Below, piece after piece: positions 13,209 through 26,331 of a stretch of 64,000 nt of DNA. Made by a program: the position numbers and the translations under genes. The notes under the pieces were generated by a model that was given only the letters and a program-made list of their open reading frames with translations, had not been told where the DNA came from and made no database searches. Each line of letters opens with the position of its first letter. Within the stretch, counting starts at the first letter, position 1. The stretch lies in contig NC_042999.1 of NCBI RefSeq assembly GCF_006345805.1, forward strand, positions 59,396,001 through 59,460,000. Direction: 5' to 3'. Source of the stretch: Octopus sinensis (taxonomy: Eukaryota).

Positions 13209-14083
13209 TTCGGTCATCCCATAAATAATGCGGATTTTTTTCAATTGCATGAATTAGATGTCGAAGGCGGACGGGATAAACTATCTGCAGCAACTTGCTA
13301 GAAAAGCAGGTAGCAATTTTACCTTGTACTTATTCTTAGTGCAAGTCTTGAAGAGTGCAGTTCGATTTTAGCAGTTATTTTTTCAAAACTATAATGGAAG
13401 TGACAAAGGAGTATATTCGGCATATTTTGCTTTATGAGTTCAATAAAAGCAACTAATCATCGGAAAGTGCGAAGAATATTATGGGAATCGGACAATAAGC
13501 GTAAGCCAGTGTCAACGGTGGTTCCAGAAATTCCGAGCTGGAAACTACAGCCCAGAAGATGATCCTCATCATGGAGGATCTGTATAGCTCGTCGGGGACG
13601 TCCTGCAAGCCCTGGTGGAGCAAAATCCCATCGTAACTATTAAGGAACTAGCAGTGACGTTGGGATTTGGTCATTCAGCCATTCATCGACACCTGCGCTA
13701 GCAGAAAAGCAACAGCTTTTGGTTTATAGACGAAAGGTGAGCTTCCATCAGTATAATGCTTGGCCACATTCCAAAGGCTGGAGCAGTTTGAGTGGAAAAT
13801 GATGCCACATCCATCATACTCACCGGATATTGCACCATCTGATTATTATTTATTCCATAGTGTTCAAAATCATTTGGACGGAAAAAATATGAATTTTGTA
13901 GACGAGGTCAGAAAAATAGTGGAGGAGTATTTTTTGTTACGGACAAGTGGATTTTGTAAGAGATAGATGGAAGAGCATTGTAGAAAATGAAGGAGAGTAT
14001 ATTTTAGGTTAAAAAAGAACCTTATTTATCTTCATTTTGAAAAATAAAAGGCATAAAAAACACCGCATTATTTATAGGATTAC

Positions 14084-14087
<4 letters not shown>
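13209..14087 (+). mobile_element. Mariner with internal deletion and decayed transposase
   Basis: TIR ttcggtcatcccataaataatgcgg / ccgcattatttataggattacccaa with TA flanks. MEVTKEYIRHILLYEFNK at 13395; PHPSYSPDIAPSDYYLF in ORF 13760-13966. Confidence 0.9.
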
Positions 14088-14120
<33 letters not shown>

Positions 14121-14190
14121 TTAAATCCTTAAAAATGTTTTAGCCCTAAGGCCGCGGCCATGCTGGGGCACCACCGCTGAATGAGCTACA

Positions 14191-16353
14191 CTAGTTTGTG
14201 AATCCACCTCTGATACGTGGCACTTGATCAACAAGGGAGTTCGATGCTGCTGCCCGCATCCGTGTCTCCTGTCGTGAGGTAGGTTCATCTGGGACTCCCA
14301 ACAAGAAGAGATCCAGTTTAGTTTTAAAGAAACCCACATCCACACCATGTAAGTCTCTCAGGCATTTAGGGAGGATGTTAAAGAGCTGTGGTCCTCTGAA
14401 ACCCAAGCTGTTGCAGTACCTGGACCTGTATTTTGATGGTGATGTTGGAATCCTTGGCACCACGCAGCGGCGCCCCGTTCTGCGGTTGGAGTAACTTTGA
14501 ATGCCAAAGTTTGGGACAAGACCCTCCAGGATTTTCCAGATGAATATCACTGCATATCTCTCCCGCCTCCGCTCCAAGGAGAAGAGGTTTAATACCTTCA
14601 GTCTTTCCCAGTAGCTGACATTTTGCATTGAGACGATTTTCTTTGTGTAGCTTCTCTGAGTTGCTTCGAGTTCTGCTGTTTGTTTTATATTGTGTGGTGA
14701 CCAAAGTTGGGAGCAGTAGTCCAAGCGGCTGAGGACAAATGTTTTCCATAGGACCATCAGTGTCTCCTTCTCTCTTGTTCTGAAAGTTCGGAGAATCCAT
14801 CCAGCTAGCCGTCTGCATTTTATCACCAGATTAGCAATATGTATTTGGAAAGATGCATCATTGCTCATGTCAATGCCCAGGTCACGCACTGATTTTGACT
14901 CAGGGATTGCAATTCTTCCTGGGCCAGTGTATCCAGTCTTCACGTCATTTACCTTTGTGTGCCAGTAGCGCAGGGCCTGGAACTTACCTGCATTAAACTG
15001 CATGTTGTTGTCCTCAGCCCACCTGTATATTGTGTCCAGCTCATGTTGCAGATGCGCAATATTTTCAGGGTTTTGTATTGCGTGGGAGACTTTTGTGTCA
15101 TCTGCATAGCTAGCAAGGGTGGTCATCGTAGCAACTGAAGGCATGTCTGAAAGGGCCACTATGAACATCAGTGGCCCCAAGACAGTGCCCTGTGGGACAC
15201 CGCTTGTTATTTGCGTTTCCCTGGAGGTGGCTCCATTGCTCACGACTGCCTGTTTTCTGTCTTTTAGGAAGTTGTGCAGCCACTCTCCAAGTTTCCCGCC
15301 TATGCCGAGACCACGCAGTTTGTGACAGATCATACCATGGTCGACTTTATCAAAGGCTTTTGCAAAGTCAAGATATATTACATCCACATTTGAGCCATTT
15401 AGTAGCTGTTTCAACACCCAGTCATAGTGTTGCAGGAGCTGTGTTAGGCAGCCTCTACCTGGTCGAAATCCATGCTGGGTGTCAGACAGTAAGTCATTTT
15501 CTTCAAGGAACATGATTAGTTTCTTACGGACTATTCGTTCCATGACTTTGCTGATGTGTGAGGTCAGAGAGATAGGCCTATAATTTTTAGCATCTGCTCT
15601 GCTACCTCCCTTATGGATAGGGCATATTACCCCCTCTTTCAGTTTGACTGGGAGCTTACCACTTGCAAGAAAGCTCTGAAAAAGAAGCTGTAGCGGTTTT
15701 GCAAGGGCTCGTTTGCACGATTTGAGAAGGATCGCTGGGAATCCATCAGGTCCAGCAGCTGAGTTTGTGTCAATCTCATCAATGGCTAGTGTGATATCAT
15801 CTTCTTCGATGTTGATGTACTCATTTTTTGTCTCTTTGGCCGCTGGTAAAGTGGCAAAGAATTCTTCTGGGTTGTTTACTTGCCTGTGTCCTAGGGGTGT
15901 AGTGAACACTCTTTGGAACTGTTCGTTCAGTATTTCACTTATCCTCGTGGGATTTCCTGTGAGAGAGCCATCTTTTTGGAAGAGAGGTCCTATTCTCTGG
16001 TGCACTGTGGCTGTCTCTTTGGCAAACTTAAAGAAAGCTTTAGGGTTTGATTTTATATCTTCTATTACCCAAGCTTCTTTATCTGCTCTCTCCTTTTCAT
16101 GGGACTGATGTAGACTTTTCTCAGTTTCCATTAGCATTCTTTCGAGCCGAGACTTCTCACCACTTTTGGTGTGCTTGCTCAGGCGGTTTGCAATCCTTGT
16201 CCGTCGTCTCATAAGAATCCTCCTTTCTCTAGGGATCCTGTTTTTGTTCTTGTGTGTGCTGGCCCTGCACATTGGGACATATTTGTCACATATGGCTTGT
16301 ATTATGGACATGAAGTGTTTGTGTTTCATGTTATGTCCGGTGTGGAGAGACAT
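14191..16353 (-). pseudogene. LINE ORF2 reverse transcriptase, 720 aa open
   Basis: Motifs AAGPDG, YRPISLTS, QHGFRPGR, YLDFAKAFDKVDH, SGVPQGTVLGP, YADDTK, RDLG, YWERLKVLNLFSLERRR. Confidence 0.95.
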
Positions 16354-16900
16354 TCAGGCCAATCCTGTTTGAGGATCTCTTTCTCAATCGACTTCCAGTT
16401 GGCTTTATGAAAGTTTAAGTTGGAGAGATGGTGGGTGCTTCGTATAGGCTGTGTGTCTGCGGGGGCTTTTGTTCCATACATAGACAGCTCTATTATGTTG
16501 TGATCCGAGATCATTGTCGGCATCACATTAACATTATGGATAATATCCATATTGTTTGTGAAGCAGAGATCCAGTATCTTATCTGCCCTTGTTGGTTGCA
16601 GAACTATTTGCTCCATGAAAGAGGCATTTGTGAGATGGAGCAGGGACTCCACCTGTGCCTGCTGATGGTGTGTCATCCCTGGGAGCATCTGCCCCCCAGG
16701 CCATTCCACATTGGGGAGGTTAAAGTCACCCATGAAGAATACACTGTTGTGCTGTTCAAGGTTGGTGAGGACTTCTCCTATTTTTGTTAGGCAGTCTTCA
16801 AACATGCCTGAGTGTTTTGGGGCATCTGGTGGGCGATATGTAGTGCATATGACGATATTCAGTTGTCTTATGTGTACAATTTGAGTTTCACATACTGAGT
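16326..16900 (-). pseudogene. LINE ORF2 APE-type endonuclease, frameshifted from the RT frame
   Basis: YRPP, GDFNLP, PTR..ILDL, SDH motifs. One apparent 1-nt frameshift near 16330 (DIT* / NMKH). Confidence 0.9.
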
Positions 16901-17488
16901 TTGAATAATGGAGAAATCATGTAAAATGTATAAATAGTTGATGAGTATATATATATATAATATATATATGTATCAAATGTGTGCATCTATATGTGTATGT
17001 GTGTGCACATGCGTGTTGAAGTGTGTGTGAGTAGGACAGTCACCTTTTTTAATAACCGTTTCAATAAGTAGTAATACAATTTCTTTTTTGCGTATATAAA
17101 TAATACCATATAAATAATACCATTAACACGTCTTCGATTTACAGGATGACTAACTGAACCAATCTACAGTAGAAAGCGGGATACAAACGTACATACATAT
17201 ATATGAACATGCAGATTTATATACTATACATGTATAAATGTCAACATACATACATACATAAATGTATACGTATATATATATATGTGTGTGTGTGTGTGCG
17301 TATGTATAAATAACCGTTAATGTATATATAGACAGACTGCTAATGGCATTATATATATATATATATATATATGTAGGGTAAATACAATGATCAATCACGA
17401 AAGACAACACGAAAACACATGCACTCACACATACACATACATACATACATACACACACACTTAGACACGCACACGCACAGACATATAT

Positions 17489-17524
<36 letters not shown>

Positions 17525-18452
17525 CTATATATATGCATACAAACATATATATACATACATGCAAACATTTATATACATATATATATATATACATATGTGT
17601 GTGGGTGAGTGTGTGTATGTGTGTGTATATGTGTGTGCGTGTGTGAAATACGTTATTGAAGTTCGTTTTTATTTGGAATTCTCGGTTTCAATCAAAATTC
17701 CTTGAGCTTATTTTGGCAGTGCCCATTCTTTCTTTTTCACACTGTTTTATTTTAAGTTGATTTATTATTTTATTTTGAATTCCAACAGATTTACCATATC
17801 TCATTCTTCAGATCATTACTTTTCTTTGCTTGATTTTGTCACTTCAAAAAAAAAAAGAAAAGAAAATTCACGAAGAAAAATTGACAAAACAAACCCGGCA
17901 CCGACCGAACCAAATAAGTGCATACATACATACATACATACATACATACATACATACATACATACATACATACATTTATATGGAGGGCGGGCTTGTGTGT
18001 GTATATGGATGTATGTGTATGTATGTATCCTACATATGTATATAAAGAATAAAGAACACCGTAATCAAAGAAAATAAAGATAAAATGAAACCTATGGAAT
18101 ATTTAAAAAAATCTGTCCAGAATTATTCCTTCCTTTTATTTCATTTCCTTTTACCATGACACGTTTCAGTATATACGTGCGTTCATACGTACAAAAACAT
18201 ATAGATATATAAATATATGAATACAAAGATATATATATATATAAGTATTATATGATTGTGTATATTCTTAAGTATACACAGAAATGCACGTACATTTCTT
18301 CCGACATACTCACAGACATACATCAATATATAGATATATATACATATAAATAACTTGACATACTGTGTTTTAAATGAATTCGTGTTATCAATATTAATTT
18401 TGCTTCGATTTAACATATATATATACATGCATACATACCTACCACCCACACA

Positions 18453-18582
<130 letters not shown>

Positions 18583-19107
18583 TTAAATACACATATACAT
18601 TTATAAATGCATATAACTATGCATGTACATACAAACGTTACATACATATATTTATATGTGTGTGTATGAGTGCATGTGCGTGTGCGTGTGAGTCCGTGTG
18701 TGTGTATTTGTGTTTGTGTGTGTATATATTGGCAACTATGACGTATCCGGTTTCCTCGTATGAGTTTCTACGTTCGATCTGCGAATTACGTAGGTCTGAT
18801 GTGTTTTACCATTAACCCGTCACGTTCCAACAGTTTTGCTACAAATCTAAGGCAGACGAAGCATGTGGAAGCCCTTACGCTGTTTATAGCTGGAGATTGT
18901 AAACGGCAAAGTTTGTTGCCTGCTGATTCCATCTGCGAATTATGTTATGAGTTCCTATTTCTAAACGATATATAGTATCTTAAACGTTAATTTAACTCGT
19001 GGGCTATTGCGTTTGTTAAAACCTTGTCGTGGAAACCAATAGGGAATCTCTTTCACATGTACACACACACACAGACACACACACGCACACACACATACAC
19101 ACACACA

Positions 19108-19153
<46 letters not shown>

Positions 19154-19161
19154 ACACACAC

Positions 19162-19196
<35 letters not shown>

Positions 19197-19202
19197 TATA
19201 TG

Positions 19203-19233
<31 letters not shown>

Positions 19234-19725
19234 ATATATATATATAAGTTCTACTAGAAGAGAAGTGAAATGAGCCACATTAAAGGATAATAATATCGAA
19301 TGGCCTCTTGGAGCTATCAGCGACAACTTTAGTCTTATATTTATAGACTGCCATATTAGTATGGCGATAACTATTAATATCCAGTAACGCTGCCGTAATC
19401 TCCTTTAGAGAGACTTAGTAATTTTAATATTTCTAATATCGAATGAATTTACTGGTTTGTTACCTAATATTTATTTTGAATTTTCATTTTAACACTCATA
19501 AATAATAGGTAATTAGATAAACGGAGTTTTATATATATTTAACAAAAAATAAGAAAATAGATATTAATCAATTAATAATTATATTTATTAATTGGAAAAA
19601 TAAACATAATACCTGACAGCTGTTTCGATTCAGACTTTAAAGATTTTAATTGAAATAATTAAATCATTATAAAGTAGAATCTCGTACAAATTAACACATA
19701 AAAATGTAATGGTACATCTTTTTTC

Positions 19726-19953
19726 GGAGAGCTGGCAGAAACGTTAGCACGTCGGGCGAAATGCTTAGCGGTATTTCGTCTGCCGTTACGTTCTGAGTTC
19801 AAATTCCGCCGAGGTCGACTTTACCTTTCATCCTTTCGGGGTCGATAAATTAAGTACTAGTTACGCACTGGGGTCGATGTAATTGACTTAATCCGTTTGT
19901 CTGTCCTTGTTTGTCCCCTCTATGTTTAGCCCCTTGTGGGTAATAAAGAAATA
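19726..19953 (+). mobile_element. tRNA-derived SINE family B with 15-bp target-site duplication
   Basis: Head gagctggcagaaacgttagc...gagttcaaattcc, core cctttcatcctttcggggtcgataaattaagtac, tail gccccttgtgggtaataaagaaata. TSD ggtacatcttttttc at 19711-19725 and 19954-19968. Confidence 0.92.
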
Positions 19954-19968
19954 GGTACATCTTTTTTC

Positions 19969-20052
19969 TACCTCCGGCGAGATTCCACTTTATAATGTTT
20001 TAATTATTTCAATTAAAATCTTTAAAGTCTGAATCGAAACAGCTGTTAGGTA
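19969..20052 (+). ncRNA. Hammerhead-like motif with mutated core
   Basis: tacct-CCGGCGA-gattc...gaatc-GAAAC-agct-GTT-aggta. Stems I, II and the palindromic stem III are retained, but the core differs from CUGANGA at two positions. Confidence 0.55.
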
Positions 20053-20234
20053 TTATGCTTATTTTTCCAATTAATAAATATAATTATTAATTCATTAATC
20101 TCTATTTTTAAAAGTTTCCTTATATATATATATAATCCCAAAGAAACGAAGAAAAAACACAAGAAAAGACAATAACGCGAGTACGTGGTACTTACAAAGC
20201 ATTAGCAAACGCTCAGGGTAGGAAAGTAAAGTAA

Positions 20235-20267
20235 TTTTACGTTTCGAGCACAGATCTTCTTCAGAAA
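20235..20267 (-). ncRNA. Minimal hammerhead motif
   Basis: Minus strand: ttt-CTGAAGA-a-gatctgtgctc-GAAAC-GTA-aaa. Same layout as 2709-2744 but with the canonical core; stem II has one mismatch. Confidence 0.55.
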
Positions 20268-20943
20268 CAGGAGACAGAAGAAAGTCCAAGAGGAAAGGAA
20301 GATGGAGGGAAAAAATCACCAACCATCCCACTCCTACGCACACACATAGATAGATAGAAATATAGATAGATAGAAATATAGATAGATAGATATAGATATA
20401 TGTGAATATATACATATTTAAAGGGCTAAAGGACCACTATGTGGTCAGCCATATGCTAGAAGTAGATCACCTACGATCAAACTACAAAGAAAAGAAAAAA
20501 ATTCAGCGGACACCAGAACAATATGCGGGCAAGACAGTAGTTTGTAGTTTGATCATAGGTGACCTACTTCTAGCATATGGCTGACCACATAGAGGTTCTT
20601 TAGCTCTTTAAATATACACATGTATTAGAATTTTCTCTGATTTTTCAGATTTTTGTATGCTAGGCTACTGGTTTTAAATTGATATTAATTAAATTAATAT
20701 TCAACTTATCTCCCTAATTATTTAAATGTATATATACATATATATATATGCATGTAAATGTATAAATATATATGTGTGTATATCTAATCATGTATATATA
20801 AATACATATATGAATGTATATATATGTATATATATATGTGTGTGTGTGTGTGTGTATATATATCTGTTTCAAATATCTATATCTATCTATCTATCTATCT
20901 ATATCTATCTATCTATCTATCAATCTATCTATCTATATATATA

Positions 20944-21017
<74 letters not shown>

Positions 21018-21292
21018 TGTATATATATGCAAGCACGACAATTTTTCAGTGGAAACACCCTCCGGTCGTCTTTTCTCTCATTTATCATTTCTTTGTTTAC
21101 AATACGTTATTATAGTGATAATGAACTAGGAAGAAAATAAAATTAAAAAAGTATTTTAGTATATCACCAAAGCACAATCGCATAGAATTCGACACACATA
21201 GGACAGTTTTGTGTGTATTCTTGTGTGTGTATACATGCATACAGAATATATATGATTATATATATATATGCTTAGAGACACGATATACACGC

Positions 21293-21377
<85 letters not shown>

Positions 21378-21842
21378 TGCATGCAAGTTATTGCCTATGC
21401 GCATACTGTATGTATAAGCATATCCGCACACACATATATTTATTTATTTATGTATTTATTTATATACGTAAACTATCGATTATTTTCGATGAATTGTAAA
21501 ATTGAAAGAATCAACCTATATTTATTGCATTTTGTTTTGCTTTTTTTCTTTTCTGAGTTGAAATAAAGAAAAAAAAACCGAAAGTGAAATGTTTATTTTA
21601 AATCAAAATTTTTATGACGTTAGTAATATGAAAACTTATGCGAGATAAAAAAAAATACAGTTTAAATTCCCCCAGCTTGTTGCTTCATAGTGTCATTATT
21701 TCTCGTCTGTCTTTCTATATTTTGGAATAAATTGATGAAAGTACAACCCATAGGAATAACTAACCCATTAATAACAGCAGAAGTGTTACAAGGAAATATT
21801 CCGGCAGACAGGATAAGAATGGCAACAATATAAATAACTGTA

Positions 21843-22950
21843 TTAGAGCAGCAAGCTGGCAGATTGATTATCAAGCTGTGCAAGACGTTTAGCGGCATTT
21901 CGAATGTCTTTACGCTCTTAATACAAATCCCGCCGAGGTCGGCTTTGCCGTTCATCGTTTCGCGTCCGATAAATTAAGTACCATATGCGTACTGGAGTCA
22001 ATCTAATCGACTGGCTCTCTTCCCCAAAATTTCGGGCCTTGTGCATAGAGTAGAAAAGAATATTTTAAAAGGCGGCTAGCTGGCAGAAAAGTTAGAACGC
22101 CGGGCGGAATGCTTAGCGGCTTTTCGTCTATCTTTACATTCTGAGTTCAAATTCCGCCGAATTTGCCTTTCATCCGCTCGGGGTTGATAAATTAAGTACC
22201 AGTTGCGTACTGGGGTCGATCTAATCGACTGGCCTCCCTCCCCAAAGATTTCGGGCCCTGTGCCTAGAGTAGGAAAGTATATTTTAAAAGGCGGCGAGCT
22301 GGCAGAAACGTAAGCAGTATTTCATATGTCTTTACGTTGTGAGTTCAAATTCCGCCGATGGCGACTTTGCCATTCATCCGTTCGGGTTTGATAAATTAAG
22401 TACCAGTTGCGTACTAGAGTCGATCTAATCGACTGGCCCCCTTCCCTAAAATTTAGGGCATTGTGCCTAGAATAGAAACGAATATTAATAACTGTATTAG
22501 AGCAGCAAGCTGGCAAAATCGTCAGCAAGCTGTGCAAGACGCTTAGGGGCATTTCGACTGTCTTTACCATTCTGAATTCAAATTCTGCTGAAGCTGACTT
22601 TGCCTTTCATTATTTCAGGGTCAATTAAATAAGTACCAGTTACACACTGGGGTTGATTTACTTGATTTGGCCTCTCTCCCGAAATTACTAGCCGCGTGCC
22701 AAAATTTGATATCAGTATTATTAATAACTGTGCTAAATGGTGAGCTGGCAGAATCGTTAGTACACTAGTCAAGATGCTTAACGGCATTTCGTCCCTCTCT
22801 ATTTTCTGAGTTCAAATTCCGCCGTGATTGACTTTACCTTTTATCCTTTTAGGGTCGATAAAATAAGTACAAGTTTAGCACTGGTGTCTATTGAATCAAC
22901 CTGGCCCCTCTTCGAAGACTGCTGGCCTTGGGAAAAAAATTGAAATCAAT
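21843..22950 (+). mobile_element. Head-to-tail array of five SINE family B copies
   Basis: The agctggca head and gataaattaagtacc core recur in units starting near 21843, 22070, 22290, 22495 and 22735. Confidence 0.85.
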
Positions 22951-23408
22951 AATAATAACTTTGTTTACCAGAATAACGAAATGGAAATAAACAGAAGCCC
23001 ACGGTGTTGGATATCTTAAATCAAGATCATTAACAGTAATAACCATTTCGAATTTTGTGAGGATTTGGTGGTAGGCCTTGGGGAGAAGGAATTGTCCGTA
23101 AGGAATTGTCGTTCATTGAAGGAGTACTAGTATTTCTATTCCTTTGACATAAGAATCAAATACCATTGGAGCTCGTATTTGAATTCCCAACGCATTCGTA
23201 AAAGGGATTCCTAATGGTTGTACTAGGTAATGCATTTTCGTAGAATGTAGTGATTAAATCAATCTATGTTCCTTGCTGAGTACTTTATTTTATCAACCCT
23301 ACAATTATCAAAGATAAATTTGATCTCTTTAAGTGTTGCCCTCTCAACGCAACAAACGTAAATAATTGTTTGCAAGTGCTATGGACTTACGGCACTGGTA
23401 CACAACTA

Positions 23409-23973
23409 TTGGGTTGTCCGGAAAGTTCGTGCCAATTTATAGTAGCTTAGCTTTCGAATAATTTTAAAACATGTTCGAGTCCATAAAATAGGATTTAACT
23501 ACACCTCCATTTAGAGCACAGTTTATGCTATCTTTTCGTGGAAGAAGGTTTATGTTCCTATAACCTCTGTTAATTTTGTAACCCTTTAAAATGGAAGGTA
23601 AGAAAGTTCATTTTCGGCACTTGATGCTTTGGGAACCAGACAAAAATTGCCGCAGCTCGGCTGGGATGTGTTGCTACACCCTCCATATTCACCAGATATT
23701 GCTCCTTCGGATTTCCACTTATTCAGGTCTCTGCAGAATAGTCTTAAGAGTAAAAATTTCAATTCCTTGGATAACGTAAAAAGATACCTTGATGAATTCT
23801 TTGCCATGAAACCACTCAATTCTGGGAAAATGGTATTTTCAAGTTAAAGGAAAGATGGAGACGCATTGTGCAACTGAATGGTTCATATTTGGTTGATTAA
23901 AAATGTAATGGCAAGTATTTATTGACCATTTTCTTTCCTTTAAAAATCGGCACGAACTTTCAGGACAAACAAA
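23409..23973 (+). mobile_element. Internally deleted mariner, same family as 7677-8238
   Basis: Same TIRs, TA flanks and internal deletion. HPPYSPDIAPSDFHLF motif in ORF 23629-23847. Confidence 0.9.
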
Positions 23974-25060
23974 TACAACTTTGAGGGAAATTGTAGATCT
24001 CACGGACTAGTAATCATTATATTACAACTTCGCCAATGATCTACCGATTCGGGTATTAACGATCTTAAGTCCATTGATAATGGTTTCTAATCAGATTATA
24101 GGGAGAGTATTTAGCTGGTACTAATTCTTTATCTCACAGATGGATAAAAGAAAAACATCCGCCAGATTTGTTTGGTTTACCAAACCTAATAATGTGACTC
24201 ATGATTCCTAGAAAAAGAAATGCAACGGAAAACGTATATTACAAAATATATCAATATACACAACTAAGTGATAGGCTTTCGTCTCTTCTAGAGTTATTGA
24301 CACAACCCATAAACATATTTAACGTACGAATTAGAACTTCCATTATACTACCAAAACAGCTGACATTATAAAATCTACTGACGATCACGGACACATTACA
24401 CCAACATCAGAAACAAGGAAAGCAAGGAAAACACCTATAAGAATGAAAACAATGAGATAATAAAGACAATAAATAAACAAAGTTGGCAAACATTTATATT
24501 CAACATAACCCACCACACAAACAGTTAAAACATTGTATTGAGTAATTAGCAATATCAACAACTTGTAACAATGCCCAAACCACATAGAACATTGTAAAAT
24601 AGCAATCTCAAATAACATACTAGCATTCCAGCAGTAAACAGACGCCCTTATCACACATTTGTAGTAATTGAGCAAAGAAGAAATGAAAAGCAGTTGCAAA
24701 ATATATGGGCCAACTCCATACTGTTAGACACAAGAAAAATAATGGGACAATCAAAAACTGAAACGGTTTCGTAACCGATGGAATTCTAGGTATGTATCTA
24801 AGAGATCTAAAACCAGAAGAACTCAACAAGATATTGAACTCTGCTGAGGGAACCTCATGGTGGTCGCTCTATCTGCTAAACATAACTGGTGAGTATCCTG
24901 CAGATGGCAAAAGCACTGTGTTGGATATGAAAAAACAAAACGAAACATTAATTGCATTCACCATGAGAGAGAAATTTGTCAAGGCGGTACCTGCTCAGAG
25001 GCCGACGCAAAGTTGCAGAAAGTGTATGGACAGGAGTGTATGAGGCGCACACAAGTGTAC

Positions 25061-26331
25061 AAATTCCACCCACCTCACAGAATTTATCAAGGATATCCCC
25101 ATTGAATCCAACAAGATGGTGAGTCTAGGTGTTATAAGTCTGTTCACCAAAGTCCCAACTGGTGAAGCACTATCGGTGATTCAAGAAAAACTAGTGACAG
25201 ACACCTATCTAAAAGAACGCACTAGTATACAAATAAGAGACTTGATGGAAATGTTGACGTTCTGTGTAGAAACTACCTACTTCAGTATGGACACTGATAT
25301 ATACATCGAACAAAAGAGGGTTTAGCTATGGGTTCGCCATTATCACCGATAATAGCCAATATATACATGGAATACTTTGAGAATTTGGCTTTAGGGTCAA
25401 CACCACTAAAACCAACCCTATCGCTGCTATATGTTGATGACACCTTCATATTCTGGTCCCACCAGGAAGATGTCCAAGTGCTGTTAGATCATGTGAACTC
25501 AATTAAGCCATTCATACAGTTCATAATGGAAAAAGAAAAAGACAATCAGCTAGCATTCCTGGACTTATTAATAATACGCACCAAGTATAGATTCAGGACA
25601 TCCGTATACCACAAGCCGACCTTCACAGGACGATACCTCAACTTCAGTTCCCACCATCCATACAGTGTAAAGAGAGGGATTGCTCAGTGTCTAAAATATC
25701 GAGCAATGAATATAAGTAGGGATCGTGATACCCACCACGAAGAAATGATCAAGCTCTGTAACAATCTATTAAGCAACAACTACCCCAAAAGCATACTCCC
25801 CACTCCAATTAGGAAGAAAGGAGAGAATGAAACCGATAAATTGTCCACAATCTGTGTATCCTATGTGAAATGCCTCTCCGAAAAGATACAAAAGATACGT
25901 GGCCCATATGACATCAGGCCAGTATTCAAGAGTAATACAACACTTCGCAAATATCTCCTTCGAGTAAAACCACCAGTAGAAGAGAATATGACTAAGAACT
26001 GCGTGTACTCCATCTCATGCAGCTGTGGAAGGTTATACAAAGGCGAAACATGCCGCCCCCTCAAAATAAAGGTAGAGGAACATCGCAAAGCTGTGACACG
26101 GAGAAATATTGATAAATCGGGTATAGCTGATCATGTATGGAAAAATGGAGACCACATCTCTCTGTAGGATGAAGTTAAAATAATAGACAGAGAACACCAC
26201 TGGAAAATACGAAAACTAAAAGAAGCAGCACATATGCTAGGGCATAATAACCTCCTAAGCAAACCTAGTGCAGATATGAACAGCATATGGAAACCGGTAT
26301 TAAGGAAGGATAGAAGAATATTAGATTTATA
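25061..26331 (+). pseudogene. PLE RT-GIY-YIG ORF, disrupted
   Basis: Frameshift near 25310-25325. Premature TAG (probably from TGG) at 26165-26167, after which DEVKIIDREHHWKIRKLKEA...W continues in frame. Confidence 0.85.

Larger units (their letters stand above)
14117..16910 (-). mobile_element. 5'-truncated CR1/L2-group LINE, nearly intact ORF2
   Basis: APE endonuclease followed by RT, short 3' UTR and a (taaggatt)-type terminal repeat running into (TA)n. Confidence 0.95.
19554..20108. mobile_element. Fold-back with ~130-bp inverted arms and a decayed hammerhead; SINE inserted in the spacer
   Basis: 19554-19684 is the reverse complement of 19978-20108. Confidence 0.85.

Noticed and set aside
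21843-22950. Regularly spaced repeats resembling a CRISPR array
   Set aside because: Units are ~220-bp whole SINEs in eukaryotic DNA, without unique spacers or cas genes.
23000-23340. Protein-like broken frames on the minus strand
   Set aside because: Short, interrupted by stops, and no family recognised.
24165-24790. A/C-rich stretch resembling a decayed PLE coding strand (also 12560-13190)
   Set aside because: No motif could be read with confidence.
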